64,000 bases of DNA from Candidatus Latescibacterota bacterium (GTDB lineage Bacteria > Latescibacterota > UBA2968 > UBA8231): NCBI GenBank assembly GCA_965197905.1, contig CBDAOB010000003.1, forward strand, positions 704,001 to 768,000. Direction: 5' to 3'. The first letter of the stretch is position 1. Each line of letters starts with the position of its first letter. Positions 52,604 to 61,312 of this stretch are shown here, piece by piece. The notes under the pieces are model-generated. The model saw only the letters and a list, made by a program, of their open reading frames with translations. It had not been told where the DNA came from and ran no database searches. Position numbers and translations under genes: made by a program.

Positions 52604-54106
52604 CTAGGTAAGAATCGACGGCTCCAATCCCGGGGCATCGCTATCCGCGGGGAAGTAGGGGCGCTCCAATTTCTTGAACTCCACGTGTTTGAGCGTCGCC
52701 GGTGTTGGTCCCGGCGTATCGAGAACGATCGCTCCTTGGGCGATTTTGCCGTAGGCCAGGCGGTAATTCATCGGGTTCTTGGCGACGATGAACTTGGCGG
52801 CCGCGGGATCGAGGTCGACAGCGCGAAACTGCTCGTCCGACCAGTCGTAGGTCGCGCGGCTCATGATGAGCACGTGGACAGCGCCGATGGAGAATACGAC
52901 CGAAGGACCCATCTCGGCGTGAAGACCCTCCCATTGCCCACCTGTGTAGGTGAAGTAACCTGCGCTCAATTGCTCAACCCGACCCTTGAAGGTGCGCGAC
53001 TCTCCCCAACGCGGATCGAGTTTGTGCCCGAGTCGGATCTCCAATTCCGCACCGTCGCCAGCACCATGACATTGGGCGGCCGCTTCCGGGTCGACCACCG
53101 GTACAAGGGAAAGCTCTTGCACGCCACAGTCGACCAGCGCCGACAAGGTAGCGATGCTGTCGCCGGCAGCCCCACCGCCGCAGCAGTCGGCCGCCTCTAC
53201 AAGAATGACCGGGCCGCCATCGATCTCGAGCCCTTCGCGGATGGCTACATCGGGAAGCAGGATCTCCGGTTCCAGGTCGTATCGGCGGTCCCAGTATCGG
53301 CGGGCAATATCTGCGGCCAACTCCCGCGCCAGATTGATATCGTCGTCGGTAATGACCAGGCCGCCACTGCCCATTTGCGCCACGTCCATGTACGGATGGA
53401 TCAGGAAGAGGCTGGTGGACAACACCCCGTCCCTTTGCTCCAGACTCTTGGCGTGGCGCATCAGCTCGGCGAACGGATCATCGTCGTTGGTGGAGCCGTT
53501 GATGGCACTGGTTATTACGGGAACCTTCGCCATCGCCATCGTGGGACGGCAATCCCCTCTCAACATCCGCAGAATCAGACGTGCAGTACGCTGGCCAGTG
53601 CCATACTGGTCATGGTGCGGATAGGTTTCCCAACCGAGCATCGCGTCGGCGTCCCGCACCATCGCAGCCGTGACATTGGCGTGTAGATCCAAGCAGGTAC
53701 CGATGGGCGTATCCGGGCCCACGATCTCGCGTACGGCGCGAATCATGTCCCCTTCCGGATCGTCGTTGCCTTCTGCGAGAGCCGAGCCGTGGATCGGCAT
53801 CAAAACGCCGTCTACCGGTGAGACCCTTCGAAGGCCGTCGAGAAGCTCTTCGCGCAGTTGCTCGTAACAGGAGGCAACGATGGGTCCCCCGGCGCAAGCG
53901 GAAGCGTAGAGGATCGGGAGGGGATCGGCCTCTTCCATCCGCAGTGCGTCGAGCATGCCACCGACAACGCTGGTATCACAGTTGAGGAGTTGATCGCCGC
54001 GCAGCAGCTCGTTTTGCTCGTAGGTTTGCAGATTTATGGGCAACCCTCCGAGATGGTTGCACTCGGTGAGGATGCCCCCAATGGCAATGCGAAATCTATC
54101 GCTCAC
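52604..54106 (-). CDS. M81 family metallopeptidase (MlrC-like)
   Basis: 'IAIGGILTECN...HGS...DDPEGD...LDLHANVT...TYPH.D'. Confidence 0.9.
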   Translation of the reverse strand: MSDRFRIAIGGILTECNHLGGLPINLQTYEQNELLRGDQLLNCDTSVVGGMLDALRMEEADPLPILYASACAGGPIVASCYEQLREELLDGLRRVSPVDGVLMPIHGSALAEGNDDPEGDMIRAVREIVGPDTPIGTCLDLHANVTAAMVRDADAMLGWETYPHHDQYGTGQRTARLILRMLRGDCRPTMAMAKVPVITSAINGSTNDDDPFAELMRHAKSLEQRDGVLSTSLFLIHPYMDVAQMGSGGLVITDDDINLARELAADIARRYWDRRYDLEPEILLPDVAIREGLEIDGGPVILVEAADCCGGGAAGDSIATLSALVDCGVQELSLVPVVDPEAAAQCHGAGDGAELEIRLGHKLDPRWGESRTFKGRVEQLSAGYFTYTGGQWEGLHAEMGPSVVFSIGAVHVLIMSRATYDWSDEQFRAVDLDPAAAKFIVAKNPMNYRLAYGKIAQGAIVLDTPGPTPATLKHVEFKKLERPYFPADSDAPGLEPSILT

Positions 54107-54993
54107 GGTCGTCCGTTTCTAGCTGATGGAGTCACCTGATGGCGCTCGAATTCCTCTGAAATGAATCTCGCGACGCTGTCCTCTTCGTTGGAGCCGATTA
54201 CCGCCGTGGCTGCTCTACGCAAGACCTCCTTGGCGTTGGAAACAGCATAACATCTGTCTGCAACTTCAAACATCTTCAGGTCGTTCACGTGATCGCCGAA
54301 ACAAACGGTCTCCGTGCCGTTGAGACCGACCATAGCCATCATGCACTCTATACCACTGGCCTTGGTGGCCTTTGCGTCGTGAACGGTCAGCCAATGCCAT
54401 CCGGGATGATAGAGATTCTCCATAACGTGAACCTCGACGCCCCGTGGGATCTCCTTCTCCACCCGCGCCCTGATCTGCTCTACCGTGGAATGACGCTCGA
54501 TTGTCGTCAAACAGACCACGCTTTCCTCGAAATGGTCACTGACGTGTTCGACAACGGCGAACCGAGGGTCGCCGGCGACCTGCCTGTCGTGCACATACCA
54601 GTTCATTCCCTTATTTATGGAACTCTCGTAATAGACCCGGTCCGATTCGCCGTTGAATGTGGATACAAAAGGTTGGACCCCGAAGCTGATGATGATTTCG
54701 TACGCTGTTTCGAGAATGGCTTTCTCGAGGTCGTTGACCACCAGTTTCCGATCGGATCCCATATCGGTAACGAAAGCACCATTGAACTCGATTACGGGGA
54801 GCGGCAGTTCCAGCCCACGGAGCATCGGTCGCATGGATACGACACTGCGTGCGCTCGCGACCGTGAATTTCAAGCCGGCGTGGATCAGACGGCACAGAGC
54901 AGAGTGCGAATAGTCGGAAAGCGTAGCATCGCCGCGAAGCAACGTTCCATCTAGATCCGATATGTAAACGGGAGTTGACGACGTACGCGACAT
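54103..54993 (-). CDS. Cof-type HAD-IIB hydrolase
   Basis: 'SDLDGTLL...ASAR...FNGA...ATKA...FGDHVNDLKMF'. Confidence 0.92.
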   Translation of the reverse strand: MSRTSSTPVYISDLDGTLLRGDATLSDYSHSALCRLIHAGLKFTVASARSVVSMRPMLRGLELPLPVIEFNGAFVTDMGSDRKLVVNDLEKAILETAYEIIISFGVQPFVSTFNGESDRVYYESSINKGMNWYVHDRQVAGDPRFAVVEHVSDHFEESVVCLTTIERHSTVEQIRARVEKEIPRGVEVHVMENLYHPGWHWLTVHDAKATKASGIECMMAMVGLNGTETVCFGDHVNDLKMFEVADRCYAVSNAKEVLRRAATAVIGSNEEDSVARFISEEFERHQVTPSARNGRP

Positions 54994-55008
54994 GAACCCT
55001 GCGAGCTT

Positions 55009-56754
55009 CTAAAGGAAAGAACTGCGCACCAGTCCCTCCTGCTCTTCCCATTGATGCAGGATGGAGCGGGACCGACGCAAATAGTGACGATAGCGGTCGT
55101 CGAGCAAGTTTTTCGACCTGTTTCCCAAGCGACCTCCAATCAGCGCATTGTATTTTCCCCGGGCTTGGGTAACGCGCCGGCCCTTTGGGTTGACGGCGAT
55201 CGTCATCAAGCGCTGTGAGTTGCCACTCCCGTCGGAGATCTGTAGGGAAAACACCGCCTTGGAGCCGCGCCGGCAGGTGTGCACGTAGGTCCGCACACAG
55301 TGATGCATCGCTTTGCCTTCTGCTACCAGCTCGTGGGTAGTGGTCACCTCCGAGATGGACCATGTGAGCATCTTGTCGGTCTCTTCGTCGTGCTCTGTGA
55401 CGGAAAGCTCACCCACGCCACAGGGTTGCCATTGATTCGAGGGGACCCGTTGATCTCGCACCAACCTCGCATGCCATTGTTCAACGTAGCGCAACAGCTT
55501 GTCCACGCTGCGACTCTTCATCGAGAGATTCGCTTGGAGAGGATCTTGTAACTCTATGCGCCCACCCGGCAAAACCACCTCCTGTCGTTCGAATTTCTGA
55601 TCCTGTATGTAGTCGACGATCGGTCCGATCCATTCGGGATCTAGCATGGGGTGTAACGTCAGCCAATGAATGAAAGTGGACCAGAAGGCCTCGTTCTCGA
55701 GTGATTCTCCAAGGCGGGTGGCGACCACTGCTTCGACCAATTCCTCGGATCCGTCCTGGCCAACGATCTGACCATAGCGCAACGCTTCGAACAGGGAGTA
55801 GCGATCCGGGGCAAGCAGAAACTCATGAGCCATTCGTTTTGTGAGGTTCACCGCGAGATCGGGGGCCGTCCGAATGTTGGCCCCCATACCCACGTGTATG
55901 AACCATCTCTGCTGCCGGTCCGTCTCCAGGGCATCCTCGGTCGGATCATGAAAGAAGGCGGTGTCGAAAAAGGCGGGCACGTGATACCTGGCCAGCAGAT
56001 GGCGGGCCAACGATCCGAACTGAAGGCGGGGATTGTGTCTCTCCGGTCGCCAATGGTCGGGACCGCGCAGCCAGTCCGCCTGCCGTCTGGCAAGAGCGGC
56101 CAGGCCGTCGATCCAGGTATTGCCCGTCCGGGCGCCAAAGCGGGTGATGGCTGGCGTTGAAACATCGAACAGATCCGCCCGCGACCGATCGACATCGAGC
56201 AGTAGGTCGCGAAACGCCTGGCGAACCGGCTGTTGATCGGACAACTGCCCGGCAATCTCCGCGATGCGGGCCATGTACTCGGGTCGCAGATCGTCCGTGG
56301 CAACCGAACCTTCGAAAATCCCGGTGATCGTATCCCGGGGTCGTCGGGTAATCCGGCGCACCTTGCGCAGAACCGCCTGGCTGGTCAGGACGCGTACCAT
56401 GTCCAGCTCTTTGCGTCGTGGACGGTCCCCTTTGTGCAGCGCGTCACTCAAATTCTGCTCCCGACACCAAGCCTGATAGGCCTGCGTCGAACCCAATCCC
56501 AAAGCTTTTACGTGGGCAAGAACCGCTTTGTCCGCCGCCGCCGCTTTAGCATCGCGTTTAACTGCGGCGCGCTCAACCCGGCGATCTTGCCAGCTCTTGT
56601 TGAGGGCAGCCGTAAAACCGTGCTCACGACACCAGTATTGATATTGGGCGACCGTCTGTAGTCCCAGAGACTCGATGTGATCGGTCAGATGAGCATTGGC
56701 CCGTGCCTGAGCACCCCGGCGACGACGTTTCCTTTTTTCGTTGGTCTTTGGCAT
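55009..56754 (-). CDS. PcfJ domain-containing protein (paralogue 2)
   Basis: Collinear with 35711-37315; 'ELVAEGKAMHHCVRTY...QARGKYN'; start placed at MPKTNEK. Confidence 0.8.
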   Translation of the reverse strand: MPKTNEKRKRRRRGAQARANAHLTDHIESLGLQTVAQYQYWCREHGFTAALNKSWQDRRVERAAVKRDAKAAAADKAVLAHVKALGLGSTQAYQAWCREQNLSDALHKGDRPRRKELDMVRVLTSQAVLRKVRRITRRPRDTITGIFEGSVATDDLRPEYMARIAEIAGQLSDQQPVRQAFRDLLLDVDRSRADLFDVSTPAITRFGARTGNTWIDGLAALARRQADWLRGPDHWRPERHNPRLQFGSLARHLLARYHVPAFFDTAFFHDPTEDALETDRQQRWFIHVGMGANIRTAPDLAVNLTKRMAHEFLLAPDRYSLFEALRYGQIVGQDGSEELVEAVVATRLGESLENEAFWSTFIHWLTLHPMLDPEWIGPIVDYIQDQKFERQEVVLPGGRIELQDPLQANLSMKSRSVDKLLRYVEQWHARLVRDQRVPSNQWQPCGVGELSVTEHDEETDKMLTWSISEVTTTHELVAEGKAMHHCVRTYVHTCRRGSKAVFSLQISDGSGNSQRLMTIAVNPKGRRVTQARGKYNALIGGRLGNRSKNLLDDRYRHYLRRSRSILHQWEEQEGLVRSSFL

Positions 56755-56911
56755 CGAAATCGTTGATGGCGGTGTCCAGTCAATCTGCCTCTTCCGCGTG
56801 GTCAATGTCAAGCAGTAGCCTGACCCTCGAAGTTGACCCGGCCTTCCTTTTCGGTTTGATTGAAAACACATCTTCGGCTGTCGGCATTCCTTTTTGCAAA
56901 CTTGGGAAACA

Positions 56912-57940
56912 ATGGTAGAGATTGATGATGATCGTGAGGGGGAAGAGCCCGATATTCCCGTATTGCAAAAGGTGGGTATCGTCATGGTGGCCCTAGGTGA
57001 GGAGGTCTCGGGCGAAGTCATGAAGCACCTCAGCGACTACGAAATCGAAGAGATCACTCAGGCGATCGCCTCCCTCAAGAACATCTCTACCGAGTTGATA
57101 GACCAGGTTCTCGACGAGTTTGAGCAACACTTGATGGCCGGCGAGTGGATAGCTCAGGGCGGCATGGACTTCGCGCGTGCCGCTTTGGAACGCGCCGTGG
57201 GACCGCGACGGGCGCAGGAAATCCTTGAACGGGTCGGCAGCAAGGTCTCCTCCGGGTTCTACATTCTCAAGAATGTCGCATCGGACCAGATCGCCCCGTT
57301 TATTTCCAACGAGCACCCTCAAACCATTGCCCTGATTCTATCTCAGCTGGATTTTGCCCAGAGCGCCGGAATCCTGGCGCAACTTGCGGAGCGCCTGCAG
57401 GCGGATGTCGCCTACCGCCTGGCAACAATGGAGAATATTACGCCCAACGTCATCAAGGAGATCGAAGAAGCCCTCGAACAGTCCTTGAAGGATATTCTTG
57501 GCGGCGATCAGGACGTAGGCGGGCCGAAGGTGGTCGCGGACATACTGAATCTAACCGGTTCCAGCGTGGAAAAGAGTGTTCTCGATCAGATGGATGGTCA
57601 GGATCCGGAAGTGGCCGAAGCCGTCCGCAACCTCATGTTCGTTTTTGCCGACATCGTCAAACTGACCGATCGCGAAATTCAGACTCTGCTGCGGGAAGTC
57701 GATCAGAAGGACCTGGTTATCGCCTTGAAGACTGCCGAGGACGAACTCAAGGACAAGGTGCTGGGCAACATGTCCGAGCGCGTGCGCACCTTCGTAAACG
57801 AAGAGATGGAATTCCTCGGGCCGATGCGTGTAAGCGAGGTCGAAGAGGTTCAACTGAGAGTAGTGCAACAGGTCCGTCAGTTGGAGGAACAAGGTCAGGT
57901 TACGATCGTCCGCGGCGACTCCGAGGATGAGTTCGTATAG
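56912..57940 (+). CDS. fliG: Flagellar motor switch protein FliG or paralogue
   Basis: 'EHPQTIALILS', 'GGPKVVADILN', 'MFVF.D', 'NMSER', 'LGPMRVSEVEE.Q'. Confidence 0.9.
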   Translation: MVEIDDDREGEEPDIPVLQKVGIVMVALGEEVSGEVMKHLSDYEIEEITQAIASLKNISTELIDQVLDEFEQHLMAGEWIAQGGMDFARAALERAVGPRRAQEILERVGSKVSSGFYILKNVASDQIAPFISNEHPQTIALILSQLDFAQSAGILAQLAERLQADVAYRLATMENITPNVIKEIEEALEQSLKDILGGDQDVGGPKVVADILNLTGSSVEKSVLDQMDGQDPEVAEAVRNLMFVFADIVKLTDREIQTLLREVDQKDLVIALKTAEDELKDKVLGNMSERVRTFVNEEMEFLGPMRVSEVEEVQLRVVQQVRQLEEQGQVTIVRGDSEDEFV

Positions 57941-57959
57941 CTATTAGATTCAGCGTCTG

Positions 57960-58724
57960 TTGAGGCCAGTCTCGTTATTAATTTGCATCGTAATCGTCGC
58001 CTCGCATCCGGTATTCGCTCAAGTGAATATGGAGAAGCTCCGGAGGCTGGATGAGGGGAAGGATCTGTCGGGGTCGTTAGAGTTCGATCTATCCTTCCGC
58101 ACGGGAAATGTCGAGACCGTTGAAGTGGGATTGGGTGGACGGGTCGACTACGTGGGCGATACAGCGACGACCCTGTTTGTTAGCGACGGCGACCTGGGGT
58201 GGCAGGGGGGACGGCGTTATTCCAATCAAGGGCTGGCTCATTTGCGCCAGGTGTATCGGCGCCAATTCCGCGTACAACCAGAATTCTTCGTGCAATCCGA
58301 TTATGACAGGTCGCGGAATCTGAGCTTCCGCGGTCTTCTAGGTGCGGGATTTCGAACGAGCCTGTTTAGCAGCCATGCCGCGCAGTTCTGGTGGGGTTCC
58401 GCTTACATGTTCGAACACGAACGGCTCGAGCTCAAGGCCAAAGACGATCATTCGGAGCGGGCGTCGGTCCACCGCTTGAGCAGCTACGTCTCGTCCAGGG
58501 TCAGACTCGAGAAGACGACGGCGCTGGCTTGGACGATCTACCTGCAACCCAAGTTGGACGAAATTGGCGACCTGCGAGTCCTGAGTGAGGGAGACGTGGA
58601 GCTGAAGCTGAGGCGTTCGCTTGTGCTCGTAACTACCGCTAGCATGCGCTACGACAGCCGCCCGCCCGCGAAAACGAAGTCGTTGGACACGGCGCTGAAG
58701 AGCGGCATCGCGTTTCGATTCTGA
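57960..58724 (+). CDS. DUF481-like outer-membrane beta-barrel protein
   Basis: Signal peptide, 'QVNMEKLR...GN', 'YDSRPP', terminal Phe. Confidence 0.75.
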   Translation: MRPVSLLICIVIVASHPVFAQVNMEKLRRLDEGKDLSGSLEFDLSFRTGNVETVEVGLGGRVDYVGDTATTLFVSDGDLGWQGGRRYSNQGLAHLRQVYRRQFRVQPEFFVQSDYDRSRNLSFRGLLGAGFRTSLFSSHAAQFWWGSAYMFEHERLELKAKDDHSERASVHRLSSYVSSRVRLEKTTALAWTIYLQPKLDEIGDLRVLSEGDVELKLRRSLVLVTTASMRYDSRPPAKTKSLDTALKSGIAFRF

Positions 58725-58787
58725 TCCGGAAGCGTGGCCGTGGAGGCAGCGATGACTGCCTACCGATCGCTTTGGCCAGTGGCAGGC

Positions 58788-60176
58788 TCAGTTGGTAGGC
58801 AACCCCGCAGCCAGCCAAGCTTCGAGTCCACCAACAAAGTCCAAAACCCTGGTTTCGGACCGGTCACGCATGATTAGACTGGTCGCGACCGAAGACCGAT
58901 ATCCGCTGGCGCAATGAATGACCACTTCGCCATTTGGAATCTCCTCCAGCCGCCTGCTGAGCTGACTCAGAGGTAGATTGACGCTCCCGGGGATGTGACT
59001 CTCTTGCCATTCGGCCGGGGCCCGCACATCGATCACCTGCAAAGCCTTCGACTGAAGTCGTTCTGACAACGTCGCGGCCGTGATGCGGTCCACCCTGCAG
59101 ATCAGCTCCTGTTTGGATTCGAGCGCCAGCATGCCGCTCTCCAAATACCCTGCTACCCCATCGAAGCCGATGCGTCCCAACCGCATCGCCGACTCTTCTT
59201 CGCGCCCGGGCTCGGCGATCAGTACGATCGGATCTTCGGCATCCAGCAGGGTGCCCGCCCATGTGGCATATTTTCCCTGGAGACCGACGTTGAGAGACCC
59301 CCTCCAGTGGGCGCCTGCGAACTCGGACGGCTCGCGGGTGTCGAGCAGAATAGCGCCTTGCTGCTGACGCTCGCAGACCTCATCTACAGACAGTCCCTTG
59401 AGCCCGTGACTGAGGGATGTGGCCAGCGTCGGATGTTCCCTGGTGTTCAAAATGGCGTCGTAGGTGAAATAGTCGGGGGTGTCCGGCTGATCGGCGGTGA
59501 CGATGCGAATGAACTCGTCCCTGCTCATCGGCTGCAGCGCATAGTTGTACTGGCGCTGGACGCCGATGGTAGAGACAGTGTCTTCGCTCATGTTCTTGCC
59601 GCACAGCGAGCCCGCTCCGTGTGCCGGATAGACCAGGGTCTCGTTCGGTAGCGGCAGCAGCTTTTGATGCACACTGTCGTACAACAACGCCCCAAGTTCA
59701 TCGGCGCTCCACCCCAACGCGGCGCGAAGATCCGGCCGGCCCACATCGCCAATGAAAAGAGTGTCTCCGGTGAGCACCGCATGGGGTTTGGTGTCATCCG
59801 CTTCCAGATCGTACACGAGAATCGAAATCGACTCGGGTGAGTGCCCGGGGGTCTCTAGAATCTGGAGTCGCACCTGGCCGAACTCGAGGGTGTCCCGGTC
59901 CTTCATCGGCGTAAACTCGTATTCCGCCTGCGCCCTAGATCCCAGATAGATCGTGGTACCCACCTGGTCCCTGAGTTCCAGATGCCCGGCCAGGAAGTCG
60001 GCGTGGAAGTGGCTGAGAAAGACGTGGCGAATCTCCATATCCAGGCTCTGCGCGTCTTCGAGGTAGCGGTCTATATCCCTTTGGGGATCGACAACGGCTG
60101 CAGTTCCGCTCTCCACATCGCCAATTAAGTACGAAGCGTGCGCGAGGCACCCGAGGTAGTACTGATTTAGGATCAT
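58788..60176 (-). CDS. MBL-fold hydrolase / rhodanese fusion (persulfide dioxygenase-sulfurtransferase-like)
   Basis: 'SHFHADF..GH...TPGHSPE...TGDTLFIGDVGRPDL...PAHGAGSLCG' plus two rhodanese domains (CASGYRS). Confidence 0.9.
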   Translation of the reverse strand: MILNQYYLGCLAHASYLIGDVESGTAAVVDPQRDIDRYLEDAQSLDMEIRHVFLSHFHADFLAGHLELRDQVGTTIYLGSRAQAEYEFTPMKDRDTLEFGQVRLQILETPGHSPESISILVYDLEADDTKPHAVLTGDTLFIGDVGRPDLRAALGWSADELGALLYDSVHQKLLPLPNETLVYPAHGAGSLCGKNMSEDTVSTIGVQRQYNYALQPMSRDEFIRIVTADQPDTPDYFTYDAILNTREHPTLATSLSHGLKGLSVDEVCERQQQGAILLDTREPSEFAGAHWRGSLNVGLQGKYATWAGTLLDAEDPIVLIAEPGREEESAMRLGRIGFDGVAGYLESGMLALESKQELICRVDRITAATLSERLQSKALQVIDVRAPAEWQESHIPGSVNLPLSQLSRRLEEIPNGEVVIHCASGYRSSVATSLIMRDRSETRVLDFVGGLEAWLAAGLPTN

Positions 60177-60227
60177 GGTCCTCTCCTATCCAAAAACCCA
60201 AGAAATCCTGGGTTAAAGGTAGGTCGA

Positions 60228-61151
60228 TCAGTCCGGCAAACAATCGAAGTTCTTAAAAATCCACAGCCGGCGCACGGTATTGACCCCCTGCCACTTCTTC
60301 TTCGCTGCTTCCCAGGCCTCGGGAAAGCTATCGCCCCAATTGTGCGCCGGCTCCCAACATCCGTTCTCTGCTTGTGCTTCGATTTCGAACGAGAGGTTTG
60401 CGGTGACCGCATCCTTGTGTTCGGAGAACAACCTGGAGTTTGGCGACGGAATTATCTCGAGGGGAGTGGTGCAGTAGGTGTGCCACTTGGTGGGATCCGT
60501 CTCGATGCTCCGATTCACGATTCCGGGAAGGTGTTTCTGCAACGCCTCCTCCAGAGAGCGGGGCAAAGATTCGACCTCGAACAGTCTGGTGTAACAAGCC
60601 AGATCGTGTACCTGCAGAGTTTCGATTGCAGGGAGACGATCGACTACGGCATCCAGCACCTCCTGCTGGATATCCGCGGTAGATCCGAAATTATACAGAT
60701 AGCCCAATACTTCGGGCCGTGGGTTATCTCGGTAGAAACTCCAGATCTCGTCGAAGTTTTCGGTATAGTGCCACCAGGGGGCGTGTGGTTTGCTGTTGTC
60801 GTGCGGCGTGATGAGCGGCCAGCTCTTGTACTTCTCAACGTAGGACTCAGCCAGAAAGTTCACGGCCTCCTGCGCCAGCTGGTGAGATTTGTCCAGCCCG
60901 AGTTCCATGAAGGTCTGCAGCGCGTGGGTGGTGCTGAGAACGTTCGGCTCGTTCGACCCGAAATCCGACTCGATGGCGCCGAATCCCCCATCCGCATGCC
61001 TGAACTCGGTCAACTCGTCAATAACCTGCTCGGGAGTTCCGCCTTCGAACAGAAACGAGAACTTCGCCTTCTCCAGGGGTCTGGCGTGCGCTTTGATGTA
61101 ACCGGCGGCCCTGTCGAACGCTTCGCGTGAAAACCGGGGCACCTTCGCCAT
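60228..61151 (-). CDS. Hypothetical protein, prenyltransferase/squalene-oxidase-repeat-like helical fold
   Basis: 'ARPLE...F..ADGGFG.IE.D...PHAPWW...Q.ENG.W'. Confidence 0.6.
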   Translation of the reverse strand: MAKVPRFSREAFDRAAGYIKAHARPLEKAKFSFLFEGGTPEQVIDELTEFRHADGGFGAIESDFGSNEPNVLSTTHALQTFMELGLDKSHQLAQEAVNFLAESYVEKYKSWPLITPHDNSKPHAPWWHYTENFDEIWSFYRDNPRPEVLGYLYNFGSTADIQQEVLDAVVDRLPAIETLQVHDLACYTRLFEVESLPRSLEEALQKHLPGIVNRSIETDPTKWHTYCTTPLEIIPSPNSRLFSEHKDAVTANLSFEIEAQAENGCWEPAHNWGDSFPEAWEAAKKKWQGVNTVRRLWIFKNFDCLPD

Positions 61152-61242
61152 GAGAATCTCCTCTCCCAACAATAAATCAACTGCCAAACGGTGGTTGGCA
61201 AATAATCATTACAACTTTCAAGCAGGTTCGCAATAGCAGACC

Positions 61243-61308
61243 TTGCCTTTGAGTCTCCTTAAGCGTATTATTCAACAATCTGGTTTTCTTTAGCGAACTA
61301 AATGGAGG
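61243..61308 (+). promoter_or_regulatory. Sigma70-type promoter and RBS of the RNAP-like gene
   Basis: TTGCCT-N17-TATTAT (61243-61271); GGAGG at 61304-61308. Confidence 0.6.
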
Positions 61309-61312
61309 TTCT

